Of a stretch of DNA of 64,000 bases, positions 40,513 to 49,045 are shown in pieces. How positions within the stretch are numbered: position 1 is the first letter of the stretch; each line of letters opens with the position of its first letter. The translations under genes were made by a program, and so were the position numbers. Under the pieces are notes generated by a model. It was not told the origin of the DNA, did no database searches, and saw nothing but the letters and a program-made list of their open reading frames with translations. The stretch comes from Myxococcota bacterium (GTDB taxonomy: Bacteria; Myxococcota_A; SURF-8): positions 416,001 to 480,000 of the forward strand of contig CAXXQS010000002.1 of assembly GCA_963674735.2 (NCBI GenBank), read 5' to 3'.

Positions 40513-40784
40513 AAAGCCCGGCCAAACTGAAGTTGGTATAATTTGAAAGGCTTGGCTGGGGCTCCGTCAAGTACTACAGATACGGCCAACTTTGACGCCT
40601 CGCGTTATAGCAAGCGAGTCTTCCTGAAATAAATACTTAAATTTACTTGACAATGTCTCTCAAACTTGGCACATAGGGGGCCCGCGGGATAGAACAAATG
40701 TTCAAGATGCGTTATCTAAACGCGTCACCCCTGACAAAAATGTCTTTGTTTTTATCAGGTCTGGACACAATCCGCAGAGGGGGG

Positions 40785-40813
40785 TTGATTTTTCCATTGA
40801 ATAGATGTATAAT
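40785..40813 (+). promoter_or_regulatory. Candidate sigma70 promoter for the GT2 operon
   Basis: TTGATT-17 nt-TATAAT, about 310 nt upstream of the GT2 start. Confidence 0.5.
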
Positions 40814-41121
40814 GGTCAGAATCGTATCCCCTTGATTTAGCTCGACAAGTTTATACAGGTGCGAAAGAACCGGGATCCGTTCCCGGTGAACGGAATAATT
40901 TGGTATCGTCCTTGCTTTCTTAAAAGAAAACGTCGGATAAAACAACCTATCTGGCAGATGCTCAGTTGTAAAGCATCGTGACATCCCGGCCCATTCACTT
41001 CCTGTAAAGACAGAGGGCGGAGTACATTGGATTCCCGATCGGGAAGTGGCTGGTACATATTGAAAGGGTTGAAAATCGACCCGCCGGATAATAAAAACGA
41101 AAGAAAACGCGAGTTTATAAT

Positions 41122-42459
41122 ATGGATTTCACGGATATCATAACGGTTCTGGCCCACATGGTGGTGTTCATCGTCTTCTGCAACCGCTATATCGTCGGTT
41201 TGTACCTGAAGCGTCTCAAAGGTCATAAGTTCGACGAAACCATCGAAGGCTACGAACCCACCGTCAGCGTCGTCATTCCCATGTTCAACGAGGGCGAAGG
41301 CATCTATCGCACGCTCAAGAGCCTCGTCAACCTGGATTACCCCAAGGACAAACTGGAAATCGTGGTGGTGGACGACTGTTCCACCGACGACAGCTACCAA
41401 TGGGCGCGCCAGGCGGCTCGCGAACACCCGAACGTCAGCGTCATGCGCAACCCCGTCAACATGGGCAAACGCAAGGGCATCAACCGGGCCGTGCGCCGTT
41501 CTAAAAGCGAAATCATCGTCTCGGTCGATTCCGATGTGGTGGTGGACAACCAGGCCATCCGCTCCCTGGTCAAACGCTTCGTGCGCCCCGAAATTGCCGC
41601 CGTCGGCGGGCGCGTGAACGTCATCAACAAAGACGACAACTGGCTGACCCGCATGCAGACGGTGAAATACTACTTCGGCTACGAGTATCTGAAGAACGTT
41701 GAAAACGCTTTCAATACGGTCATGTGCCTGTCGGGCTGCCTGACGGCCTACCGCCGTGAAGTCTTGATGGAGCTCGAACCGATCCTCGAAAACCGCAGCA
41801 TGTTCGGCATTTCCATCAAGTACGGCGAAGATCGCTTCCTGACCCGCCAGATCGTCAAGGCCGGTTACCAAACCACCATGACGCTCGAAGCCAATTCCTA
41901 CACCATGGTGCCCAATAACCTGTCCACCTATTTCTCGCAGCAGTTGCGCTGGCGTCGTTCGAATGCAGTAGACTTCTTCGGTGGCATCTGGCACATCTGG
42001 CGCGTCAATCCCTTTGTCATGGTGCATTATCTCGGCCTGTTCGGCATGATGTTCATGTATCCGATGGTGATCGGACATACCGTGGTAAGCGGAAACTTCC
42101 TGCCCCTGGCGGTGATCCATCTCGGCGTACTGGGTGTCTTTTCCATGGTCTATAAACTGCGAACCTGGGCCTTGCCGTCCGATATGAAGGTTAACCCCAT
42201 GTCGTTTCTGGCCATGACCTTCGTGATGCCGGTCACGTACCTGCTGCTCACGCCCCTGGCCCTGTTCACACTCGATTCGGGTAGCTGGGAAACCCGCGGC
42301 AAACCGACTCCCAAACCGGAAACGGCCAAACCCGACGAGCGTCTGCCCGAACCGACCAATGTGTATCCCCTGCGTCTGGCGCATGCCTCCCATGATCGGG
42401 GAAGCGCCGCCATGAGCGCCCCGACCTGGGGCAAAGTAGCGGAAGGCGGCCGCCGCTGA
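41122..42459 (+). CDS. Processive GT2 glycan synthase, NodC/hyaluronan-synthase-like
   Basis: VSVVIPMFNE, DDCSTD, GKR, DSD, CLSGCLTAYRR, GEDRFLT and QQLRW motifs; one N-terminal TM and several C-terminal TMs; no obvious PilZ domain. Confidence 0.88.
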   Translation: MDFTDIITVLAHMVVFIVFCNRYIVGLYLKRLKGHKFDETIEGYEPTVSVVIPMFNEGEGIYRTLKSLVNLDYPKDKLEIVVVDDCSTDDSYQWARQAAREHPNVSVMRNPVNMGKRKGINRAVRRSKSEIIVSVDSDVVVDNQAIRSLVKRFVRPEIAAVGGRVNVINKDDNWLTRMQTVKYYFGYEYLKNVENAFNTVMCLSGCLTAYRREVLMELEPILENRSMFGISIKYGEDRFLTRQIVKAGYQTTMTLEANSYTMVPNNLSTYFSQQLRWRRSNAVDFFGGIWHIWRVNPFVMVHYLGLFGMMFMYPMVIGHTVVSGNFLPLAVIHLGVLGVFSMVYKLRTWALPSDMKVNPMSFLAMTFVMPVTYLLLTPLALFTLDSGSWETRGKPTPKPETAKPDERLPEPTNVYPLRLAHASHDRGSAAMSAPTWGKVAEGGRR

Positions 42460-42482
42460 GCGGTTTCGGAGAGGGTTGAGTC

Positions 42483-43589
42483 ATGTTAAAAAAATTCTTC
42501 GGTTTCTCCAATAATCTGTTCGTCAATAGTTACAAGCTGATGGGATTCGTGGTGCTCAGCGCCATTCTCCTCGGTATTGTCAGCTATTTGACCTTGAGCC
42601 TGTTCTACCTGTTCGACCGCGAGTGGATCGCCCCGATCATTTTATCGCCCAGTTCGGAACGGGTGATTCAGATGAACAGCCAGCTTGTGCAGCAGAAGTA
42701 CAATCGCGACAAGCTGAAAGTCGAGCGCATAACGCTCGAAATGCAGCTGAATCTGATCGAACGCACCATCGCGGTCAACAGCGAATTCCAAAACCGCTTC
42801 AAGTCGGCCGTCACCTCGGATTTGCAGGCCAAGCAGAAAGAACTACGCGGCTTGCAAAGTCTGTACGCCGAGTATCGCGCCACTAAAAAGCAGGTGGTCG
42901 AGGCCAACAAGGCCTTCGAGCGGCTCAACGAAACGGATCTGCAAAAAGATCTCGCCGCCGGACTGATCGAGGAAGAGGTTTACGTTCGCAACAAGTATGC
43001 CCTCTCGCAAAACATCAGCCAGCAAATCAGTTACGAGCAAAAACAGCTCGAATTCGAGTCGCGTACCATCGAACTTGGCCGCCGTATCGAAGCGTTAAAA
43101 GCGCTGGACGAAAAACTGGGCCGACAGACACCGGCAAACGGCGATTCATCGAGCTACGAAGTCCTGCTGATGGAACAGGAATATCAGCGGTCGCTTCTGG
43201 AAATGGAAGAACTGACCGCGCAGAAAATCCCCATCGAAAAGCAGATCGCCTTGCTCGATTCCTCTCTGACCGAATACGACAAAATCCTCGGTACGATTAC
43301 CCTGTCGCCTTACTACAAGGCGATGAACGAAAAGATTTCCATCGCCTTCGTGCCTTACTCCAATCTCCAAAACGTCAAGGCCGGCGCACCGATTTACGGC
43401 TGCTCGCTGGAATTGATCTGGTGTCGCGAGGTTGGATCGGTACGGCAGGTGCTCGACGGCGAGGTATCGGCCCGGCATCCGATGTTTTCGAGCGATTTGC
43501 GCGGGGTGATGGTGGAAATCGAACTCAAAGACATGGCGTGGGCCGAAGAAAAAGCACTGCACGTCGATTCCCGGCCCTTGTTGATCTAA
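42483..43589 (+). CDS. Membrane-anchored coiled-coil protein, periplasmic adaptor (MFP/HlyD)-like
   Basis: Single N-terminal TM, about 200 aa of heptad coiled coil, then a beta-rich C-terminal domain (IAFVPYSNL...VGSVRQV...VMVEIEL). Confidence 0.6.
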   Translation: MLKKFFGFSNNLFVNSYKLMGFVVLSAILLGIVSYLTLSLFYLFDREWIAPIILSPSSERVIQMNSQLVQQKYNRDKLKVERITLEMQLNLIERTIAVNSEFQNRFKSAVTSDLQAKQKELRGLQSLYAEYRATKKQVVEANKAFERLNETDLQKDLAAGLIEEEVYVRNKYALSQNISQQISYEQKQLEFESRTIELGRRIEALKALDEKLGRQTPANGDSSSYEVLLMEQEYQRSLLEMEELTAQKIPIEKQIALLDSSLTEYDKILGTITLSPYYKAMNEKISIAFVPYSNLQNVKAGAPIYGCSLELIWCREVGSVRQVLDGEVSARHPMFSSDLRGVMVEIELKDMAWAEEKALHVDSRPLLI

Positions 43590-43728
43590 AGTCGCTCGGG
43601 TCGTGTCCCGCCCGGAAAGTTTTGGCGAACACTCGCATCACACCGAAAAACCGGATATAATCCGCCGCATCGAAGAATTCGTCGGATCCGCATCGGACCC
43701 GGAGCCCACGCGCAAGGGGAGAGTACGT

Positions 43729-44877
43729 ATGACAATCGCACAGCTACGTTGGATATGCGGCCTGCTGGTCGGCCTCATCATCGGATCGATTCCATTTGCG
43801 GGATGGGCCGAAGATAATTCCGAGAGACCGTTGACCGTCCGCCGCACGCTGTCGGAGCCGCCCGGATATTGCGACTGGGTGATCGGAAGCACCGACTCCG
43901 AACGAGCCAAATTGCTATACCCCGAACTCTATTCCACAGTCGGGCCGGTTTCCAACGGTGACGAAGATTCCGGCGATGAAAACTCGATACTCGACAAGCT
44001 GGCCATGCGCCTGACCATCGGCTTGCAGTACCGTTTTATCAATCTATACAAAGGCGTCATGATGGGTCGCCGGGCCGGGGCCGAATGTCTGCGCTACCGC
44101 GCCCAGGCCGCCTTGCAAGCCGCTTTGGCCACCGGTAACGACTGGGGCCGCCTGGAAGCCCTGGAAGCGCAGGCCCGCGTGCTCGACGACGCCCTGCCCG
44201 AGGCCGCCGCCCAACTCGACCATCTCTACGAGCAACTCGCCAACAATCTGGTAACCGTCGAAGAACTTTATGCCGCCCAGCTCAAGGTGGACACTCTCAA
44301 GCAAATGCGCAGCCGCGTCAGCGCCGACCACGAACGCTTGTCCAATCAGCCCGCTCCACCCAGCGAATCCCTCGAAGCGATCATTCAACGTTACGAGCAG
44401 GCCGACGACGCCGTGGAGGCGCGTTCAGCCGATATCCGCCGTTCCGAAGTCTGGGCGCTGGATATCAAGGGTGGTTACGATCAGACTTTCGGGAACCAAA
44501 AGGAAGTCCCGCTGTTCGCCCAGCTCAAAGTGTCGTTCAATTTCGGCGCTTTCGCCCAGCCCTCCGCCGAGCGTCGTGCGGCTGCGGGCCGGAAACGCTG
44601 GCGCGCGGAAAGCCCGGACGCCATCGGGGTGAAGCTGGCCGAGTTGCGTCACAATCTGGCAACGGCGCTGCATGCCGAACGCCGCCGCCTGGACGACGTG
44701 GGAGCCTTGGCCGACGAGTTGCAACAGCGGCTCAACACCCTGGAACGCATCCAAACCGAAAAAAGCCGTCAACTGCGCGACCTGCTGTGGCTCGATTACG
44801 TGCGCATGGACGCCGAACGCGAATACCTGCGCCTGCACGTCAAGCAGCTCGAAACCGTGGTGGGCGACAACGGTTGA
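43729..44877 (+). CDS. Exported helical protein with amphipathic beta hairpins, TolC/outer-membrane-efflux-like
   Basis: Signal peptide (MTIAQ...GWA); amphipathic beta segments RLTIGLQYRF and WALDIKGGYD...LFAQLKVSFNF alternating with long coiled-coil helices; GGGGAG RBS. Confidence 0.55.
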   Translation: MTIAQLRWICGLLVGLIIGSIPFAGWAEDNSERPLTVRRTLSEPPGYCDWVIGSTDSERAKLLYPELYSTVGPVSNGDEDSGDENSILDKLAMRLTIGLQYRFINLYKGVMMGRRAGAECLRYRAQAALQAALATGNDWGRLEALEAQARVLDDALPEAAAQLDHLYEQLANNLVTVEELYAAQLKVDTLKQMRSRVSADHERLSNQPAPPSESLEAIIQRYEQADDAVEARSADIRRSEVWALDIKGGYDQTFGNQKEVPLFAQLKVSFNFGAFAQPSAERRAAAGRKRWRAESPDAIGVKLAELRHNLATALHAERRRLDDVGALADELQQRLNTLERIQTEKSRQLRDLLWLDYVRMDAEREYLRLHVKQLETVVGDNG

Positions 44878-44931
44878 TACACCTACCGGAGCGCATCTCC
44901 GACGGGTTCCCTCCTACCGAATAAAGAGAAA

Positions 44932-44990
44932 ATCGCGGATAAGAAGAAGCGTCCCCGCTATCCGATCAACGGCAGCACCTGCGGGACGAT
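44932..44990 (+). repeat. Direct repeat copy 1 (displaced 3' end of the lipid kinase gene, att-like)
   Basis: 57/59 identical to 46934-46992. Confidence 0.9.
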
Positions 44991-44998
44991 AAGAACAC

Positions 44999-45481
44999 TC
45001 ACAATCTTAACGTTTCATCAAGGGCTATTACTACTTCTTTACCAAGCCTGTATGCTTTTATTGCCTCGTCAAATGTGGCCTGGTTAGGTGGATTCCCGGC
45101 ATGAACAAATTCATTTCTCCATGTAATAAGATTCTTGTAATTTTCTTTCACGCTGCCGTCTTGAATGTTTTCTTCCTCTTTCCTATCCACTCTATTTTTG
45201 AAACTATCAACAAACTCGTCGCCAAAGCATTTTATATATTTTTCGATGTCATCTCTTGTAACATGACCATTTATCCTGTCGAAGTGTATGGATGCAAATA
45301 TACCCACCATTGGATGAGTCTCATTAGCAAATCTCTTCAAAAGGTGTTTCACATTTACTTCATATATTGTAACAGCCGAAACAGCGACAAAACCCACATA
45401 CCGAGATGTCACAAAGTCGTCCTCAATACCACTTACGACATGGATCATATGCTGCATAAATGAATCAGAGTCAGCAAACAC
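44999..45481 (-). CDS. HEPN-domain protein (putative RNase)
   Basis: All-helical 160-aa protein with R-x4-H motif WRNEFVHAG and an upstream conserved E (IYEV). Confidence 0.75.
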   Translation of the reverse strand: MFADSDSFMQHMIHVVSGIEDDFVTSRYVGFVAVSAVTIYEVNVKHLLKRFANETHPMVGIFASIHFDRINGHVTRDDIEKYIKCFGDEFVDSFKNRVDRKEEENIQDGSVKENYKNLITWRNEFVHAGNPPNQATFDEAIKAYRLGKEVVIALDETLRL

Positions 45482-45487
45482 AGGTCT

Positions 45488-46588
45488 CTACTCCGACATG
45501 CCCAGGAGGATTTTCCTCACCTCTTTAAATCGATTCCTAAGTGTAATGGTATCTTGTGTACCTGAACTGGTGTAATCATTATTGAACGCCTTATCCTGTT
45601 TAAGACTTCTATAATTTTTGGCTAATTCATCAGGCATGCTAGAGATATTTTTATAGATAGTGCAAAATACAGAGTCGAGATAGGCTGTGTTGATGGGACC
45701 CCGAACGTGAAAAGGTTTCTCTCCTAATCGTTCTATGATTTCTTTACATGCTAGAGGGAACTTCCCCCTAAATTCTTGTACGAATTCTGCTTGACCCTTC
45801 CTATTATTTTCCATGGCCTTATTGAGGAATTCTTTCATTGGCTTCTCATACGAACTCTCTCCTTTCTCGAGCAACGCAAAGAGGCGAAGAACCAACTCTA
45901 CATCTTTTTGGTATTTGTCAAGATCCTTTTTACCAATGATTTTACGCCAGTTCTTATCATCATTTAGTTGTCTCAAAACAGAAACAAATTCACCGGTGAA
46001 GACACAGTTGCGGATTTCCTGTGGTTTTAGCGATGTTCCACCCGTATTCAACCTTGCAAAAATGTGATATACACTGGTGTTCTTTTCGGCGGGATTGATC
46101 TGCCGAATGTTGATTGCTCGCAGGACACTGCCCTCAATCTTCCTCCGGTCCGATTCCGAGAATTCCTTGAACGTTTTTTTTGCATATCGAATATTATCGT
46201 TGAGTCCCTTGAGAGAAAATACCTTCCGTTTTCCATGCTCTTCGTTTCCGAAATATCCTTCAAAGAAGGAAAATATGCTCAAAAGCCGTTGCTGGCCATC
46301 GATGACAAGGTATTTGCTATCTTCTTGAAGGTATAGGAATACGGGGGGGACTGGTAACCCCATTAAAAATGAGTCTATAAGCAGCGATGCCTGTTCGATA
46401 CTCCACACAAATTCTCTCTGGAAATCCGGAATGACAATGCTTCCTTTTTTCCATTGTAAGTAGAGACCTTCTAATGTGAAATCAGAAGGATAAGAAGCAA
46501 TATCGTATTCTATGAAAGCTTCATTTTCCTGTTCCTGATTTTCTATTTCCATATCGTCTGAATGGAGGACCGTATTACCATCGATCAT
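45488..46588 (-). CDS. DUF262 (ParB-like/GmrSD N-terminal) domain protein
   Basis: PDFQREFVW, LIDS-x-LMGLPVP, VIDGQQRL and IFARLNTGG motifs. Confidence 0.9.
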   Translation of the reverse strand: MIDGNTVLHSDDMEIENQEQENEAFIEYDIASYPSDFTLEGLYLQWKKGSIVIPDFQREFVWSIEQASLLIDSFLMGLPVPPVFLYLQEDSKYLVIDGQQRLLSIFSFFEGYFGNEEHGKRKVFSLKGLNDNIRYAKKTFKEFSESDRRKIEGSVLRAINIRQINPAEKNTSVYHIFARLNTGGTSLKPQEIRNCVFTGEFVSVLRQLNDDKNWRKIIGKKDLDKYQKDVELVLRLFALLEKGESSYEKPMKEFLNKAMENNRKGQAEFVQEFRGKFPLACKEIIERLGEKPFHVRGPINTAYLDSVFCTIYKNISSMPDELAKNYRSLKQDKAFNNDYTSSGTQDTITLRNRFKEVRKILLGMSE

Positions 46589-46933
46589 CGAATCCTCCTT
46601 GAGGCCACTTGAGAAAATTTGGTTACAGCAAGCTCACACAACATGTCGGTGTATTGATTCATGATATGCCTATTCCCAGTAATGGAATCTATAGTGGCAA
46701 TTCTATCAAGCCAAAATCCATCGTAAAACCAAACAACTGCCTAATATAATTATTGTTCTATTACATCTGGCAAGGTGGGTCAAGTTCAGAATTGTGGTTT
46801 ACCTATAAAAGGTCAATTAAGAAGGGAAGAACACTCTGTTCCTTTGAAACAATCGCCATAATCTCACGAGCGACGTACAGCCGCGTTCTACCCCTGCCCA
46901 AGCGCGTCTCCGACGGATACCCCTCTATTAAAG

Positions 46934-46992
46934 ATCGCGGATAAGAAGAAGCTTCCCCGCTACCCGATCAACGGCAGCACCTGCGGGACGAT
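46934..46992 (+). repeat. Direct repeat copy 2, containing the last 10 codons and stop of the lipid kinase gene
   Basis: 57/59 identical to 44932-44990; encodes IVPQVLPLIG* on the minus strand. Confidence 0.9.
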
Positions 46993-47898
46993 GTCGAAGC
47001 GGCAAGGCAGGCGGCCGGGCTGCTCGCCGTCCATGTCGATCAGAATACGCGCCTCCGGATCCTCCGGTTCGGCGATGATCGTGCGGGCGCGATGCAGGGA
47101 AATTTTGGGTTTGGACAGATGTTGGCCGGTGTAGATGCTCGACCCTTGCATGAGCATATCCATGCGACTCATGTCGCCCATGATCACCACGTCGAACAAG
47201 CCGTCGTCCAATTCGGCGTCGGGAGCCATCATCATGCCGCCACCGAAGAAACGTCCGTTGGCCACCGACACGATGCGCACCGGCAGGGTTTCGTCGAAAG
47301 CCTCGTCCAGGCGCAGATGGACGCGCTGGTTGCGATAGGCCAGAAGCGCGCGCAAAGTGCCCATGAGAAAGCTCGCCTTGCCGCCCAAAGCCTTGGTGGT
47401 CGTATTGACCAGATGATCCACCAACCCGCTCATACCGAAGCTGGTGATGTTGATAAACATGGAATGCCGTTCGATGTCCTCGTGATCGATATAGCTGAAA
47501 CGGCCCAGATCGATGCGGCGCGTGTCCATTTTTTTGAAACGTGCGATGGCCTCCTCCAGCTCGGTTCCCCAACCGAAACTTTTCCTAAAATCCCCTCCCG
47601 TACCGCGGCAGATAAAGCCGAAGGCGCAGTCGGGATTGATCAGCTTGTCGCCGTCAAACAGGCCGTTGACCACCTCGTTGTTGGTGCCGTCCCCTCCCAC
47701 GGCGATAACGGCGTCGTAGCCGGTCGCCGCCGCTTCGGCAGCGATGGTAGTGGCTTCGCGTGGCTGAGTGGTGAAACGCCAGTCGAAAGGTCCGATGGCA
47801 TCGCGCAACTGCGCTTCCATTTCCTGCCATACGCGACGCGTGCTGCCATTGGCGGAGTGGGGGTTAACGACAACATACACTTTGCGGTCGATCGCCAT
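46960..47898 (-). CDS. Diacylglycerol/lipid kinase family protein (YegS/DgkB-like)
   Basis: VVVNPHS, GGDGTNNEVVNG, GTGGDF, NGRFFGGG and DGE motifs. Confidence 0.9.
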   Translation of the reverse strand: MAIDRKVYVVVNPHSANGSTRRVWQEMEAQLRDAIGPFDWRFTTQPREATTIAAEAAATGYDAVIAVGGDGTNNEVVNGLFDGDKLINPDCAFGFICRGTGGDFRKSFGWGTELEEAIARFKKMDTRRIDLGRFSYIDHEDIERHSMFINITSFGMSGLVDHLVNTTTKALGGKASFLMGTLRALLAYRNQRVHLRLDEAFDETLPVRIVSVANGRFFGGGMMMAPDAELDDGLFDVVIMGDMSRMDMLMQGSSIYTGQHLSKPKISLHRARTIIAEPEDPEARILIDMDGEQPGRLPCRFDIVPQVLPLIG

Positions 47899-47918
47899 GT
47901 GGGGCTCCTTTTTAAAAG

Positions 47919-49040
47919 CTAGCGGGCGGCGAGGCCGTGGTCGATCAGTTCAGTCAAGGTCCGGACTTCCACGTCGTCCGGCTCGCGCGCGGCAGCCAGG
48001 TGGGCGGCGCTGGGCGAGGATGCGGTTACAAGCAGGTCGGCTCTCACTTCACGTGCCTGACGCAGGCGTTCTTTGGCAATATCCCGAGCGACCTCAGGGT
48101 GGGTGAAAGGGAAACAGCCCGTGCTTCCGGCAGGATAAGCTGAAGATCCGCTCCACACCGGTTCCACCATCGCGTTTTCGAGCAGACGGTCGAGAATCTC
48201 CCGTGGCTGCTTGGTAATCCCGAGAAAACGGCCCAGGTAGCTCGGATCGTGGTAGGTCGCAATCTGGCCGACTCGGCGCGCCAGGCTGCTGTTTCGCAGG
48301 TAGGGGGCCAAAAATTCGACGAGGTGCTGCACGCGTCCCGACAGATCGAAACCGAACTCGGCGAACAACACTTTCAACGTGTAGGCGGCTTCGGCGCTCG
48401 GGGTGACGATCAGCTTGTGGCCCGCCAGGCCTTCGAACAGACGCTTGGCATGGGCAGCGAACTCGTCGATAAAGCCCGCGCGATAGAGCGCCAGACCGGC
48501 GTCGCACTCGCGCCCCCCGTAGATGGCCATAAATTCGATGCGCAGCTTGGCAAAGATCGAAAAGGCGGCACGGATTTCCTGCGGACGTTCGAGAATCGTG
48601 CGCGCGTCGGCGTAAAACACGGCTTGCGCATCCGCTTCGAAATGCCCTTCATCGAGGATATGGCGCAGCGGTCCCGCACAATCGCGACCGTACGGATGAC
48701 CGTAGCGGGCGTAGCTCTCGCGCAAGACGGTGAGCGCGGGCAGCACCACCCCTCGCTGGATGAGCCAGGATCGGACGGCGGTCAGCGCCTCGCCCACCAG
48801 ATTTTCGTGTTTGCAATACGTGGTGCAGAGTTGGCATCCCAGGCAATGATACAACGGCTCGGCCGTATCGGCGTCAAGCGGGATCATCTCCTTGCGCAAC
48901 AGGTTGGCTAAGGTCATTTTGGCCCAAGGATTCACCGACTCGCTGTGTTCGGCATTGGAGACCGGGCACGAAAAAGCGCACAGTTTCGGGCAGTAGGTAC
49001 AGTAATCGAATTCCTGAACGTGATCGTGAATGCTGCGCAT
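47919..49040 (-). CDS. Fe-S oxidoreductase subunit (GlcF/GlpC-like) with degenerate CCG domains
   Basis: CTYCPKLCAFSCP and CLGCQLCTTYC clusters; TYHDPSYLGR; the expected CCG positions read CDAG and PAG. Confidence 0.75.
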   Translation of the reverse strand: MRSIHDHVQEFDYCTYCPKLCAFSCPVSNAEHSESVNPWAKMTLANLLRKEMIPLDADTAEPLYHCLGCQLCTTYCKHENLVGEALTAVRSWLIQRGVVLPALTVLRESYARYGHPYGRDCAGPLRHILDEGHFEADAQAVFYADARTILERPQEIRAAFSIFAKLRIEFMAIYGGRECDAGLALYRAGFIDEFAAHAKRLFEGLAGHKLIVTPSAEAAYTLKVLFAEFGFDLSGRVQHLVEFLAPYLRNSSLARRVGQIATYHDPSYLGRFLGITKQPREILDRLLENAMVEPVWSGSSAYPAGSTGCFPFTHPEVARDIAKERLRQAREVRADLLVTASSPSAAHLAAAREPDDVEVRTLTELIDHGLAAR

Positions 49041-49045
49041 GAACC

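Larger units (their letters stand above)
44932..46992. mobile_element. AT-rich integrated cassette (DUF262 + HEPN) bounded by direct repeats; no integrase
   Basis: Abrupt GC drop, 59-bp direct repeats overlapping a gene 3' end, defence-type cargo. Confidence 0.7.

Noticed and set aside
40663-40680. TGGCAC as a sigma54 promoter
   Set aside because: There is no TTGC at the -12 position.
40837-42393. Long antisense ORFs (e.g. 40837..42393 -, 25676..27313 +, 23007..24473 +, 20147..21322 +, 60117..61115 -)
   Set aside because: These are shadow frames opposite well-supported genes, expected from high-GC codon bias.
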